Assembly (NCBI GenBank): GCA_964598185.1
Contig: CAZRAT010000002.1
Coordinates: 3,769-56,840, forward strand
Length of the DNA: 53,072 nt
Direction: 5' to 3'
Source of the DNA: Candidatus Woesearchaeota archaeon
Lineage (GTDB): Archaea > Nanobdellota > Nanobdellia > Pacearchaeales > GW2011-AR1
Below are positions 43,903-52,802 of this stretch, in pieces. Each line of letters starts with the position of its first letter. Within the stretch, counting starts at the first letter, position 1. The position numbers and the translations under genes are program-made. The notes under the pieces were generated by a model that was given only the letters and a program-made list of their open reading frames with translations, ran no database searches and was not told the origin of the DNA.

Positions 43903-45267
43903 ATGTTGAAACTATATAATACATTGACTAGGAAGAAAGAAGTTTTCAAGCCAATTGAAAAAGGGGAGGTTGGGATGTATGGGTGCGGTCCTACGGTTTA
44001 TTGGCATCAGCATATTGGAGGGATGAGAAGATACATTTTTGAGGACACTCTTTATCGGGTATTAAAGTATGAGGGATTTAAAATTAAACACATCATTAAT
44101 GTGACTGATGTTGGGCATTTGACTTCTGATGCTGATGAAGGAGAAGACAAGATTGAAGTGGCTGCGAAAAAAGAAGGCAAGAGTGCTAAAGAAATAACTC
44201 ATTATTATTTTGATGATTTTGAAAAAGATTTAAAAAAATTGAATATAATTATGCCCGACAAATGGACATGGGCATCAAATTATATTAAAGAACAGATTGA
44301 ATTGGTAAAAATTTTGGAAAAGAAAGGTTATACTTACAAAACCTCAGATGGCATTTATTTTGACACTTCTAAAGTTGAGAACTATGGGAAATTAGCAAGG
44401 ATAAATGTTGCCGGTTTACAAGCAGGAAAAAGAATAAAGATGGGGGAGAAAAAAAATAAGACGGATTTTGCTTTGTGGAAATTTTCTGAAAAACCAGGAG
44501 AAAGACAACAAGAATGGGCTTCTCCGTGGGGGATTGGTTTTCCAGGATGGCATATTGAATGTTCAACTATGTCTTCTAAATATCTAGGAGAACAATTTGA
44601 TATTCACACAGGGGGTATTGACAATATGAACCCGCACCACATAAATGAAATTGCGCAATCAGAAACTGCGTTTGGAAAAAGACCTTGGGTAAAATATTGG
44701 TTGCATAATAATCATCTTAATCTTAAAGAAGGTAAAATGTCAAAGTCAACCGGACAAATTATCCGTTTAAAAAACTTGGAAGAAAAAGGTTATTCGCCGA
44801 TGGAGTTTAGGTATTTGTGTTTGTTAACTCATTACAGAAAAATAATTAGATTTGATTTTAAAGAACTTGCTTCTGTAAAAGAATCTTATCAAAGATTAAA
44901 AAATATTATTTCTGGTTTTAAAGAGGATAAGAAAACTCATGGGGATTATTTGAAAGAATTTGAAGAGGCGATTGAAGATGATTTGAATATGCCTCGGGCT
45001 TTGCAAGTTTTATGGAAATTGGTTCGTGATAAAAAAGCTCAAGGAAAAATTAAGACAATTAAAAAGATGGATGAAGTTTTTGGTTTGGATTTATTGAAAG
45101 TAGAAAAAATTAAAATTCCTGAAGAGGTTAAAAAGTTGGTTAAGGAAAGAGAAGATTCTCGGAAGAAAAAAGATTTTAAAAAAGCAGATGAGTTAAGAGA
45201 TAAGATTAAGAAAAAAGGTTTTATTGTTGAGGATGTTGATGGAAAGAGTAAAATTATAAAAGTTTGA
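43903..45267 (+). CDS. cysS: cysteinyl-tRNA synthetase
   Basis: CGPTVYWHQHIGGMRRY (HIGH), GWHIECS, KMSKS. Confidence 0.95.
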   Translation: MLKLYNTLTRKKEVFKPIEKGEVGMYGCGPTVYWHQHIGGMRRYIFEDTLYRVLKYEGFKIKHIINVTDVGHLTSDADEGEDKIEVAAKKEGKSAKEITHYYFDDFEKDLKKLNIIMPDKWTWASNYIKEQIELVKILEKKGYTYKTSDGIYFDTSKVENYGKLARINVAGLQAGKRIKMGEKKNKTDFALWKFSEKPGERQQEWASPWGIGFPGWHIECSTMSSKYLGEQFDIHTGGIDNMNPHHINEIAQSETAFGKRPWVKYWLHNNHLNLKEGKMSKSTGQIIRLKNLEEKGYSPMEFRYLCLLTHYRKIIRFDFKELASVKESYQRLKNIISGFKEDKKTHGDYLKEFEEAIEDDLNMPRALQVLWKLVRDKKAQGKIKTIKKMDEVFGLDLLKVEKIKIPEEVKKLVKEREDSRKKKDFKKADELRDKIKKKGFIVEDVDGKSKIIKV

Positions 45268-45305
45268 AATAGTTTTATAAAGATGAGGATTATTCTAAAA
45301 TAAAG

Positions 45306-46022
45306 ATGGTGAAAAAAGCAATTTTATTTGATTTGGATGATACTCTATATGATTATCATTATGCACATAGTAAAGCACTCGATGCCATTTATCCTCTTTT
45401 AGCAAAATATATTAAAATCTCAAAGAAAAAATTTCTCGCATTATATAAGATGGCAAATGATGAAATAAAAAATGAACTTGCAGGAACAGCGTCGTCGCAT
45501 AATCGTGTTTTATATTTTCAAAGAGTTATTGAAAAAACCCATAATACTGTTGAACCAAAAATTATTTTAAAAATGTATAAAACTTATTGGGACACATTTC
45601 TAAATAATATGAAAATTGGAAAAGGAGTTGAACAAACATTAAAACTATTACAAAAAATGAAAATTAAAATAGCAATTGTAACTGATTTAACAGCACATAT
45701 TCAACTGAGAAAAATAGATAAATTAAAATTGACCAAATATGTTGATTATCTTGTTACTTCAGAAGAAGCAGGAGGTGAAAAACCAAATGCGATTATATTT
45801 TTATTAGCATTGAATAAATTAAATATTCTTCCTAATGAAGCAATTATGGTAGGAGATAATTTAGTAGCGGATATTGAAGGAGCTAATTCTTTGGGGATTG
45901 ATAGTGTAGCAATTACTAATAAAAAAATAAAAGCAGATAAAGAAGATTATAAAAAACCTAATTATATTATTAAAACAATTCCAGAAGTATTGGATATAAT
46001 AAAAGATGGTGAAAAAATTTGA
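45306..46022 (+). CDS. HAD-superfamily hydrolase/phosphatase
   Basis: ILFDLDDTLYD (DxDxT), VTDL, GGEKP, VGDNLVADIEGA. Confidence 0.75.
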   Translation: MVKKAILFDLDDTLYDYHYAHSKALDAIYPLLAKYIKISKKKFLALYKMANDEIKNELAGTASSHNRVLYFQRVIEKTHNTVEPKIILKMYKTYWDTFLNNMKIGKGVEQTLKLLQKMKIKIAIVTDLTAHIQLRKIDKLKLTKYVDYLVTSEEAGGEKPNAIIFLLALNKLNILPNEAIMVGDNLVADIEGANSLGIDSVAITNKKIKADKEDYKKPNYIIKTIPEVLDIIKDGEKI

Positions 46023-47274
46023 ATTCATAAAATTAAAATATTTACCAAAAAAAACAGATGTAATTTGTCAATATAAAATTACTCCTGCGAGAGGTAAAAA
46101 TTTTAGAGAAGTTATTAATGCTGTTGCAGGTGAAAGTTCTATTGGAACATGGACTGAAATTTCTACTCTGAAAAAAAATATTCATAAAAAACTTGCTCCA
46201 AAAATTTATTATATTGACAAAAAAAATTATAGGGTTAGAATTGCCTATCCTATTGAATTATTTGAATTAGGAAATTTGCCTGAGATTTTATCTTCTATTG
46301 GAGGGAATATTTTTGGAATGAAATCTGTTAAAGGATTATTATGGGAAGATATAAAAATCCCTAAGAAAATGTTGAAAAGTTTTAAGGGACCAAGATTTGG
46401 AATTGAGGGATTAAGGAAAAAATTTAATGTAAAAGACAGACCTTTTATTGGAACTATTGTAAAACCAAAGGTTGGATTAGATGAAAGAGAGCATGCTAAA
46501 GTTGCATATGAGGCTTGGAAAGGAGGTTGTGATATTGTTAAGGATGATGAGAATTTAACAAGCCAAAATTTTAATAAATTTAAGAAAAGATTTTTACTAA
46601 CAAATAAGCTGAGGAAAAAAGCAGAAAAAGAAACAGGAAAGAAAAAAGCTTACTTGGTTAATTGCACAGCTGAAACAAATACTATGAAAAGAAGAATTAA
46701 GTTTGTTGAAGAAAATGGAGGGAATTATATTATGTTAGATATCTTGACTTTGGGTTGGGCAGCTTTACAAACAGCAAGGGATTTTACAAAACTTCCGATT
46801 CATGCACATCGTGCAGGACATGCAATGTTTGACAGAAATTCAAGTCATGGAATGAATATGGAAGTAATTGCGCAATTCGCAAGAATGGTAGGAGTTGATA
46901 CTTTACATATTGGAACTGTTGTAGGAAAAATGGTTGGAGGAAAAGATGAAGTTTTACATATTGAACAAGATATTGAACAAGAATTCACAAAAGAAACAAG
47001 AAAAAATCTTTCTCAAAAGTGGTATAAAACAAAACCTGTTTTGGCTGTAGCTTCTGGAGGAGTTCATCCTGGAATAGTTGGTAAAATTATGAAGAACCTG
47101 GGAAAGGATATTGTCATTCAAGCAGGAGGAGGAATTCACGGACATAAATTTGGAACAGAAGCTGGCGCAATTGCAATGTGTCAAGCAGTTGATGCTGTCT
47201 TGAAAAAAAAGAGTTTGAAAGAATATGCAAGGACGCATGTTGAATTAGAAGAGGCTTTAAAGAAATGGGGGTGA
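46006..47274 (+). CDS. rbcL: RuBisCO large subunit, form III-like
   Basis: GTIVKPKVGL, GGCDIVKDDENL, IHAHRAGHAMFDR, HIGTVVGKM, VASGGVHPG, QAGGGIHGH. Confidence 0.85.
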   Translation: MVKKFEFIKLKYLPKKTDVICQYKITPARGKNFREVINAVAGESSIGTWTEISTLKKNIHKKLAPKIYYIDKKNYRVRIAYPIELFELGNLPEILSSIGGNIFGMKSVKGLLWEDIKIPKKMLKSFKGPRFGIEGLRKKFNVKDRPFIGTIVKPKVGLDEREHAKVAYEAWKGGCDIVKDDENLTSQNFNKFKKRFLLTNKLRKKAEKETGKKKAYLVNCTAETNTMKRRIKFVEENGGNYIMLDILTLGWAALQTARDFTKLPIHAHRAGHAMFDRNSSHGMNMEVIAQFARMVGVDTLHIGTVVGKMVGGKDEVLHIEQDIEQEFTKETRKNLSQKWYKTKPVLAVASGGVHPGIVGKIMKNLGKDIVIQAGGGIHGHKFGTEAGAIAMCQAVDAVLKKKSLKEYARTHVELEEALKKWG

Positions 47275-47705
47275 AAAAAATAAGAAGAGCTATTTTTATT
47301 GTTGTATATACACAAACAAAACAAGGAATAAAATATTTAATTTTGAAAAGAAAACTTCATTGGAAAGGTTGGGAATTTCCAAAAGGTGGAATAAAAAAAT
47401 ATGAATTAAGAAGGTTTGCTATAAGGAGAGAATTAAAAGAAGAAACAGGATTAAAGCCTTTGAAGATAAAAAGTTTTAGAAAAAAAGGAGTTTACAAATA
47501 TAAAAAAGAATGTCTAGACAGGCCAAAAGTTGCAGGCCAAACATACAAATTATACGCTGTTGAAGTAGAGAAAAAGAAAATAATATTGGATAAACTAGAA
47601 CATTCTGATTTTAAATGGGTTGGTTTTTCTGATGCCATGAAAAAATTAACTTGGAAAAATCAAAAAGATTGTTTGAAAATTGTAAATGAGAAATTAAATA
47701 AATAG
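47265..47705 (+). CDS. Nudix hydrolase
   Basis: Nudix box GGIKKYELRRFAIRRELKEETGL. 10-nt overlap with rbcL. Confidence 0.75.
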   Translation: MGVKKIRRAIFIVVYTQTKQGIKYLILKRKLHWKGWEFPKGGIKKYELRRFAIRRELKEETGLKPLKIKSFRKKGVYKYKKECLDRPKVAGQTYKLYAVEVEKKKIILDKLEHSDFKWVGFSDAMKKLTWKNQKDCLKIVNEKLNK

Positions 47706-47735
47706 ATTTAAAATACTCTTCTTCTTTAAGTAAAT

Positions 47736-48110
47736 ATGAAATTTAGAGAGATGATTACAGACAGAGGAACTATGATTTTTTGTGGCAAAAGTGCGCCGAA
47801 TAACGAGGAACTTATTACACAGGTAAGAAAAAATGAGGAAGTTTTTCATACTGCGGCTGTTGGAAGCGGGTTTGTAAATATTAAAGGGCGAGCAAAAAAA
47901 GGAGACATAAAAAATGCGGCGATTTTTTGTGCGGCATTTTCAAAAGATTGGAAAAAAAATAAAAAAGATGTTATTGTTCATCGCTTTAAAGGAAAAGATA
48001 TTTGTAAAAAAGCCGGAATGAAGATTGGAACATTTGGAGTTGATAAAATCAAAAAAATTAAAATAAAAAAAGAAGAAATTCAGAGGTTTTTGAAAGAATG
48101 GGAAGAATAG
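47736..48110 (+). CDS. DUF814/NFACT-R domain protein
   Basis: RGTMIFCGKSAPNNEELI...EVFHTAAVGSGFVNIKG fits the recalled DUF814 pattern. Confidence 0.6.
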   Translation: MKFREMITDRGTMIFCGKSAPNNEELITQVRKNEEVFHTAAVGSGFVNIKGRAKKGDIKNAAIFCAAFSKDWKKNKKDVIVHRFKGKDICKKAGMKIGTFGVDKIKKIKIKKEEIQRFLKEWEE

Positions 48111-48343
48111 GAAGCATACAATTAGGAAAGCAGGGTTTGACAGAAAATTTTTTGAAAACTTTGCAGGACCATTTTAAAAAATTGTCAAATGTGAAGATTT
48201 CTGTTTTGAAAAGTTGTTGTAGGGATAAAAAAGAATTGGAAAAAATCTCAGAGGAGATTTTGGAAAAATTAGGAAAATATTATACTGCGCGGAATATTGG
48301 TTATACAATTATTTTGAAAAAGTGGCGGAAGGCGAGAAAATAA
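48098..48343 (+). CDS. YhbY/CRM-domain RNA-binding protein
   Basis: LGKQGLTENFLKTLQDHF...VKISVL...IGYTIILKKWR. Confidence 0.65.
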   Translation: MGRIGSIQLGKQGLTENFLKTLQDHFKKLSNVKISVLKSCCRDKKELEKISEEILEKLGKYYTARNIGYTIILKKWRKARK

Positions 48344-48396
48344 CATGTATTTTTGAAGACAGATATTAATAAAAAGACATTGTCAGTTAAAATTGA

Positions 48397-48723
48397 ATGA
48401 TAAGTTATGACCAATGGAAAATTATTATAGAAGATGATGAATTAGATGTAAGATTAGATCCTCAAGAAATAGAAGGATATGGATTAAATGTAAGAGAAAC
48501 TGAAAAATATCTTCTTTTTCCAAGAGGAACATTAAAAGAACTTGCAAATGCAAATAGACAAAGAGGAAAAGGAATTATTGAAAGATGGTTGCCAGTTCAT
48601 CAAAGAGAAGGAGAGTTTTTTAGAGGAACTGATTTAAACTATGATTCTATAAGGGCTATAGTAATTCAAGCCTATTTAAAAGAAGAGGAAGAATACCGAG
48701 AACATTTAAGCAAAAATTTATAA
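48397..48723 (+). CDS. hypothetical protein
   Basis: 108-aa ORF, no family recognised. Confidence 0.4.
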   Translation: MISYDQWKIIIEDDELDVRLDPQEIEGYGLNVRETEKYLLFPRGTLKELANANRQRGKGIIERWLPVHQREGEFFRGTDLNYDSIRAIVIQAYLKEEEEYREHLSKNL

Positions 48724-48796
48724 ACCTAAATACTTCTTTATTTTTAGTTAAATAACTCTATGAGTTATTCTATTGCTGTAGAGCAAGACAAATAAA

Positions 48797-49222
48797 ATGG
48801 CAAGCATATATGAATTTAATGCACAGGAATATAATTTAAAATTAGCTGAAGCACTGAAAAAAGTTGCTGAGTTTGAAATGCCAGAGTGGGCAGGGTTTGT
48901 GAAATCTGGTTCTGCAAAAGAGAGGCCAATTGACGACGAGGATTTTTGGCACAAGAGGGCTGCAAGTATTTTAAAACAAATTTACAAAAAAGAGATTGTT
49001 GGGGTAAATCGTTTAAGGACAAAATATGGTTCTAAAAAAAATAGGGGTTACAAACCAGAGAAATTCAAAAAAGCTGGTGGGAAAATAATTCGAACAATTC
49101 TTCAGCAAGCAGATGCGGCAGGTTTTACAGAAATTGCAAAAGTGGTTAAAGGTGTTCGAAGTAAAAAACCTGGACGGCAATTAACTGCTAGAGGAAAAGA
49201 ATTTATGGAGGATTTGAAATGA
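48797..49222 (+). CDS. rps19e: ribosomal protein S19e
   Basis: EWAGFVKSGSAKERP..DEDFWHKRAASILKQIY, RLRTKYGSKKNRG. Confidence 0.85.
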   Translation: MASIYEFNAQEYNLKLAEALKKVAEFEMPEWAGFVKSGSAKERPIDDEDFWHKRAASILKQIYKKEIVGVNRLRTKYGSKKNRGYKPEKFKKAGGKIIRTILQQADAAGFTEIAKVVKGVRSKKPGRQLTARGKEFMEDLK

Positions 49223-49557
49223 AATCAATAGCAAACAAACTATTTATCCCAGAAAAAATGTTAAAAAAAAGAATTAGTGAACAATTATCCGAAAACCTAG
49301 AAAATGTTGATAAAAAAGTTGAAGAATTAAGAAAGTTTATAAAAAATTATTCTAACGCCTCATCAATAAAAATTGTGGACGGGACATTAAAGAAAAATAA
49401 TTATGTTAAATATTTTGAGGGGCTTACTCAAGGAGAACAAGCGTTGCTTCTTTCTTATATAGAAGATAAATATTGTGAATTTATTAAAAAAAGATGGGAT
49501 TATTATAATTCACATAAACATGAAATAAAATTGTTTTGGTCAAGAAATAAAGATTAA
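49219..49557 (+). CDS. hypothetical protein
   Basis: 112-aa ORF coupled to both neighbours by 4-nt and 1-nt overlaps. Confidence 0.4.
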   Translation: MKSIANKLFIPEKMLKKRISEQLSENLENVDKKVEELRKFIKNYSNASSIKIVDGTLKKNNYVKYFEGLTQGEQALLLSYIEDKYCEFIKKRWDYYNSHKHEIKLFWSRNKD

Positions 49558-49760
49558 TGGGAATAAAAAATCAAGCTAAAAAAACAAAACTTGCGAAAGA
49601 AGGCAGGAAGACAAAGTGGGCACCTGTTTGGGCTGTTATTAAAAAATATGGTATGGGAAAAAAGGTTCATCCGTCTACTATGACAAAAAACAGACGTTCA
49701 TGGAGAAGAACTAAATTACATATTAAACCTAGACGACAGAGAAAGTCACATTTTGGATAA
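49557..49760 (+). CDS. rpl39e: ribosomal protein L39e
   Basis: KTKLAKEGRKTKWAPVWAVIKK...RRSWRRTKL. Confidence 0.85.
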   Translation: MGIKNQAKKTKLAKEGRKTKWAPVWAVIKKYGMGKKVHPSTMTKNRRSWRRTKLHIKPRRQRKSHFG

Positions 49761-50363
49761 ATGGCAAAAAAAATAGAACCTAAAACAGAAAAAATTGAAA
49801 GAGAATATATTATCCCGCTTAGATATAAAGGGAGGGCTGTTCCGCGTTATAAAAAAACTCCAAAGGCTATTAAGACAATTAAAGAGTTTTTAGCAAAACA
49901 TATGAAAATTAAAAATCGGGATTTGAAAAAAATTAAGATTGATAAATATTTGAATGAGCAGATGTGGTTCAGGGGAATTAAAAAGCCGCCTGTGAAAATT
50001 AAAGTTAAGGCTGTTAAGGAAAAAGGTGTTGTTAAGGTTGAACTTGTAGATTATTCTGATAAATTAAAGTTTAAAAAATTAAGAGAAGAGAAAAAAGAAA
50101 AAGCGGCTGAAGAAGTTGGGAAGAAGAAAATAGCACCCAAGGGCGTACCTCCTGTAGAAAGAGATTTAAATACAGAGGGCAAAAAACTTGCTGAAGAAGA
50201 AATAAATACAGAAGGCAAGAAAAAGATTGAGTCGGCAAAAATAAAAGCTGGTGCAGAGGTTATGAAACAAATTGAAAAATCAGCAGCTAAAGAATTAAAG
50301 CAAAGTGTTGGTGGGAAGAAAAAGCAAAAGACTCAGCCTGTTAGAAAAGCTTTGGCGAAGTAA
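49761..50363 (+). CDS. rpl31e: ribosomal protein L31e with a ~100-aa K/E-rich C-terminal extension
   Basis: EREYIIPLRY...PRYKKTPKAIKTIKEFLAKHMK...IDKYLNEQMWFRGIKKPPVKIKVKA. Confidence 0.8.
   Translation: MAKKIEPKTEKIEREYIIPLRYKGRAVPRYKKTPKAIKTIKEFLAKHMKIKNRDLKKIKIDKYLNEQMWFRGIKKPPVKIKVKAVKEKGVVKVELVDYSDKLKFKKLREEKKEKAAEEVGKKKIAPKGVPPVERDLNTEGKKLAEEEINTEGKKKIESAKIKAGAEVMKQIEKSAAKELKQSVGGKKKQKTQPVRKALAK
50133..50181 (+). repeat. in-frame palindromic element, L31e copy (a partial right-half copy follows at 50202..50217)
   Basis: GCACCCAAGGGCGTACCTCCTGTAGAAAGAGATTTAAATACAGAGGGCA, 43/49 identical to the cbf5 copy. The partial copy reads ATAAATACAGAAGGCA. Confidence 0.8.
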
Positions 50364-50678
50364 TTATTTTAACTCAAATCTATTTTTATCCCGGCTAGTT
50401 AATTTATCCATATGTTTTTTCCATGCTTCATCTAAATTAATATTATGTGAATTTGCCAGACAAACTACGGCAAATAAAATGTCTGCCATTTCAGAACTAA
50501 TGTCTGCTGTATCTTTTGGAGATTTTTTAATGCGAGGACCATATCGGTTATTTAATTCTCTAGACAATTCTCCTACTTCCTCAACCATTTGAGCTAAAAT
50601 TTCTAATGGTTTGTAATATCCTATTTTCAATTTGCTAATCCATTCATCTACTTGGTTTTGAATTTCTTTTAGAGACAT
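50364..50678 (-). CDS. MazG-like nucleotide pyrophosphohydrolase
   Basis: LAQMVEEVGELSREL....EMADILFAVVCLAN..NINLDEA. Confidence 0.75.
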   Translation of the reverse strand: MSLKEIQNQVDEWISKLKIGYYKPLEILAQMVEEVGELSRELNNRYGPRIKKSPKDTADISSEMADILFAVVCLANSHNINLDEAWKKHMDKLTSRDKNRFELK

Positions 50679-50710
50679 GCTTTAATTAATTAAGATAAAT
50701 ATATAAATTT

Positions 50711-51430
50711 ATGTGGGCAGGAAATTGTATGTTGCAAAAATTACTTAAGGAACTTGAAGTGGCAGGAAATCCTGAGCAAGCAGAGATTCTTCAGCGGTTT
50801 TTCAAAACAGGGCCAGGAGAATATGGTGAAGGAGATATTTTTTTTGGGATTAAATCTAAACAGATACATGACATTGCAAAAAAATATTATGGGATTGGTT
50901 TGCCAAAAATTAAAGAATTGTTAAAAAGTAAAATTCATGAACAGCGTGTTTGTGCTTTGAGAATTTTAGATAAAAAATTCAAAATCGCAGATGAAGAAGA
51001 AAAAGAAAATATTTTTAATTTTTATTTACAAAATATAAAATGCGTGAATAACTGGGATTTAGTTGACTTAAGTGCTCCAAATATTGTTGGTGATTTTTTG
51101 TTTAAGCGTGATAAAAAGATTTTGTATAAGTTGGTTCGTTCTGAAAATCTTTGGGAAAGAAGAATTGCGATTGTTTCTACTTTTAATTTTATTAGAAAAG
51201 ATGAATTTGGTGATGCTCTTGCAATTTCAGAATTGTTGCTTCAAGACACACATGATTTAATCCATAAAGCAGTCGGTTGGATGTTAAGGGAAATTGGAAA
51301 ACGTAATGAAGAAGTTGAAGAGAATTTTTTAAAACAGCATTATAAGGAAATGCCGAGGACCATGTTGCGTTATGCGATTGAGAGATTTGAAGAAGAAAAG
51401 AGAAAGAAATATTTGAAAGGAGAAGTTTAA
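50711..51430 (+). CDS. DNA alkylation repair protein (AlkD-like HEAT repeat)
   Basis: QRFFKTGPGEYGEGDIFFGI, NNWDLVDLSAPNIVG, NLWERRIAIVSTF, HDLIHKAVGWMLREIGKR, MPRTMLRYAIERF. Confidence 0.85.
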   Translation: MWAGNCMLQKLLKELEVAGNPEQAEILQRFFKTGPGEYGEGDIFFGIKSKQIHDIAKKYYGIGLPKIKELLKSKIHEQRVCALRILDKKFKIADEEEKENIFNFYLQNIKCVNNWDLVDLSAPNIVGDFLFKRDKKILYKLVRSENLWERRIAIVSTFNFIRKDEFGDALAISELLLQDTHDLIHKAVGWMLREIGKRNEEVEENFLKQHYKEMPRTMLRYAIERFEEEKRKKYLKGEV

Positions 51431-51483
51431 AGTATATTTTATAATGAATAAAAACTTATAAATAAAAGAAATTCTCCTTAATT

Positions 51484-51783
51484 ATGGTTAGGGAATCTAT
51501 TTTCGGAACAGAAAGACCAGAGGTTAAAATTATGATATTTGATACCCCTGGCGAGAATGAAACACAATTAAATGAAGACTTGTTTGAAACCCAAATATTA
51601 GAGCACTTTAAAGAAAATAGATTTTTATGTAAAAGAAAGATAGCATATATGGCTTTTAAAAATATGGGAAGTGGGGAGCTTTCTAAAGGGTTTGATGGAG
51701 TAGCCAGAGCAAATGTATTGATGGAAAATATTTCTTATGATATAGCTAAAAAATTTTCTAGAGGGTATAGAAGGACAAATTAA
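51484..51783 (+). CDS. hypothetical protein
   Basis: 99-aa ORF, no family recognised. Confidence 0.35.
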   Translation: MVRESIFGTERPEVKIMIFDTPGENETQLNEDLFETQILEHFKENRFLCKRKIAYMAFKNMGSGELSKGFDGVARANVLMENISYDIAKKFSRGYRRTN

Positions 51784-51823
51784 TTAAAGTTAATCTTTTA
51801 AAGTTTTAATTCTTAAAATCATA

Positions 51824-52798
51824 ATGAACCTTCAAAGACTAAAACAAGAAAAAAGCATAAAAGAACTTTTAGAGTTTGGAATTATAAATATTGATAAGTC
51901 TTCTGGACCGACGAGTTTTAATGTTTCTGATTTTGTGAGAAAAAGTTTGGGTTTAAGAAAAACTTCTCATTTTGGAACACTTGACCCAAAAGTTACAGGA
52001 GTTTTGCCTATTGCCTTGAATCGTGGTTGCAAACTTACAGGATATTTTTTAGGAGAAGATAAAGAATATGTTGGAATAATGAGAATCCATGATGAGGTTG
52101 AGTTAAAAAAAATTAAAGAAGTTATTAAAAAGAAATTTACTGGGGTGATAAAACAAACTCCGCCTGTAAAATCTCGTGTGAAAAGACAGGAGCGTGAAAG
52201 AGAAGTTAAAGCATTTGAATTAATTGAGAGGGGCGAGGCAAAGCCTCTAACTACTTCGTCCAAGCTTGGCCAAAGTAAGGAAGGAAAGAATATTTTGTTT
52301 AGGGCAGAAGTTCAGGGCGGGACTTATATTAGAAAATTAATTGATGATTTAGGAAAAGAGTTGGGGGTTGGGGCGCATATGTTAGAATTGCGGAGAGTTA
52401 GGGCAGGAATTTTTAAAGAGAATGATAAGGAATATCCTAGTGTAAATTTGTATGATTTTGAAAAGGCTGTTAATGCGTACTTCGCACCCAAGGGTGTACC
52501 CTCTGTAGATGGAGATATAAATACAGAGGGCAGAAATGATAAATTGTTAAGAGATATGATAATTCCTGGGGAAATTGTTTCTGAACTGCATTCTGTTGTT
52601 AAAATAAAAAAGGACAATTTAAAAGCTATTTTCACAGGCAAACCGATTCAAGAAAAAGATTTAGTAAAAAAACCAGATGTTAAAAAAGATGAGACAATTG
52701 TTGTTTTTTGTGAAAATAAATTTGTTGGAATTTACAAAACAATTTTAAGTGAGCATGTTTTTGCAAAGTCTGAGTTTGTTATACAACCTTTGGCATAA
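51824..52798 (+). CDS. cbf5: tRNA/rRNA pseudouridine synthase Cbf5 (TruB family, with PUA domain)
   Basis: NIDKSSGPTS, HFGTLDPKVTGVLPI (catalytic Asp), GTYIRKLIDDLG, GAHMLELRRVRAG. Confidence 0.9.
   Translation: MNLQRLKQEKSIKELLEFGIINIDKSSGPTSFNVSDFVRKSLGLRKTSHFGTLDPKVTGVLPIALNRGCKLTGYFLGEDKEYVGIMRIHDEVELKKIKEVIKKKFTGVIKQTPPVKSRVKRQEREREVKAFELIERGEAKPLTTSSKLGQSKEGKNILFRAEVQGGTYIRKLIDDLGKELGVGAHMLELRRVRAGIFKENDKEYPSVNLYDFEKAVNAYFAPKGVPSVDGDINTEGRNDKLLRDMIIPGEIVSELHSVVKIKKDNLKAIFTGKPIQEKDLVKKPDVKKDETIVVFCENKFVGIYKTILSEHVFAKSEFVIQPLA
52484..52532 (+). repeat. in-frame palindromic element, cbf5 copy
   Basis: GCACCCAAGGGTGTACCCTCTGTAGATGGAGATATAAATACAGAGGGCA with a perfect 9-bp inverted repeat CCCTCTGTA / TACAGAGGG. 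Confidence 0.8.
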
Positions 52799-52802
52799 CA
52801 TT

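Noticed and set aside
52484-52532. Possibility that the 49-nt element is a bulge-helix-bulge mini-intron, since cbf5 is the classic intron-containing protein gene in Crenarchaeota.
   Set aside because: The inverted repeat is a perfect 9-bp stem with no 3-nt bulges or 4-bp central helix, and the element is stop-free and in frame. It is still worth testing by RNA-seq.
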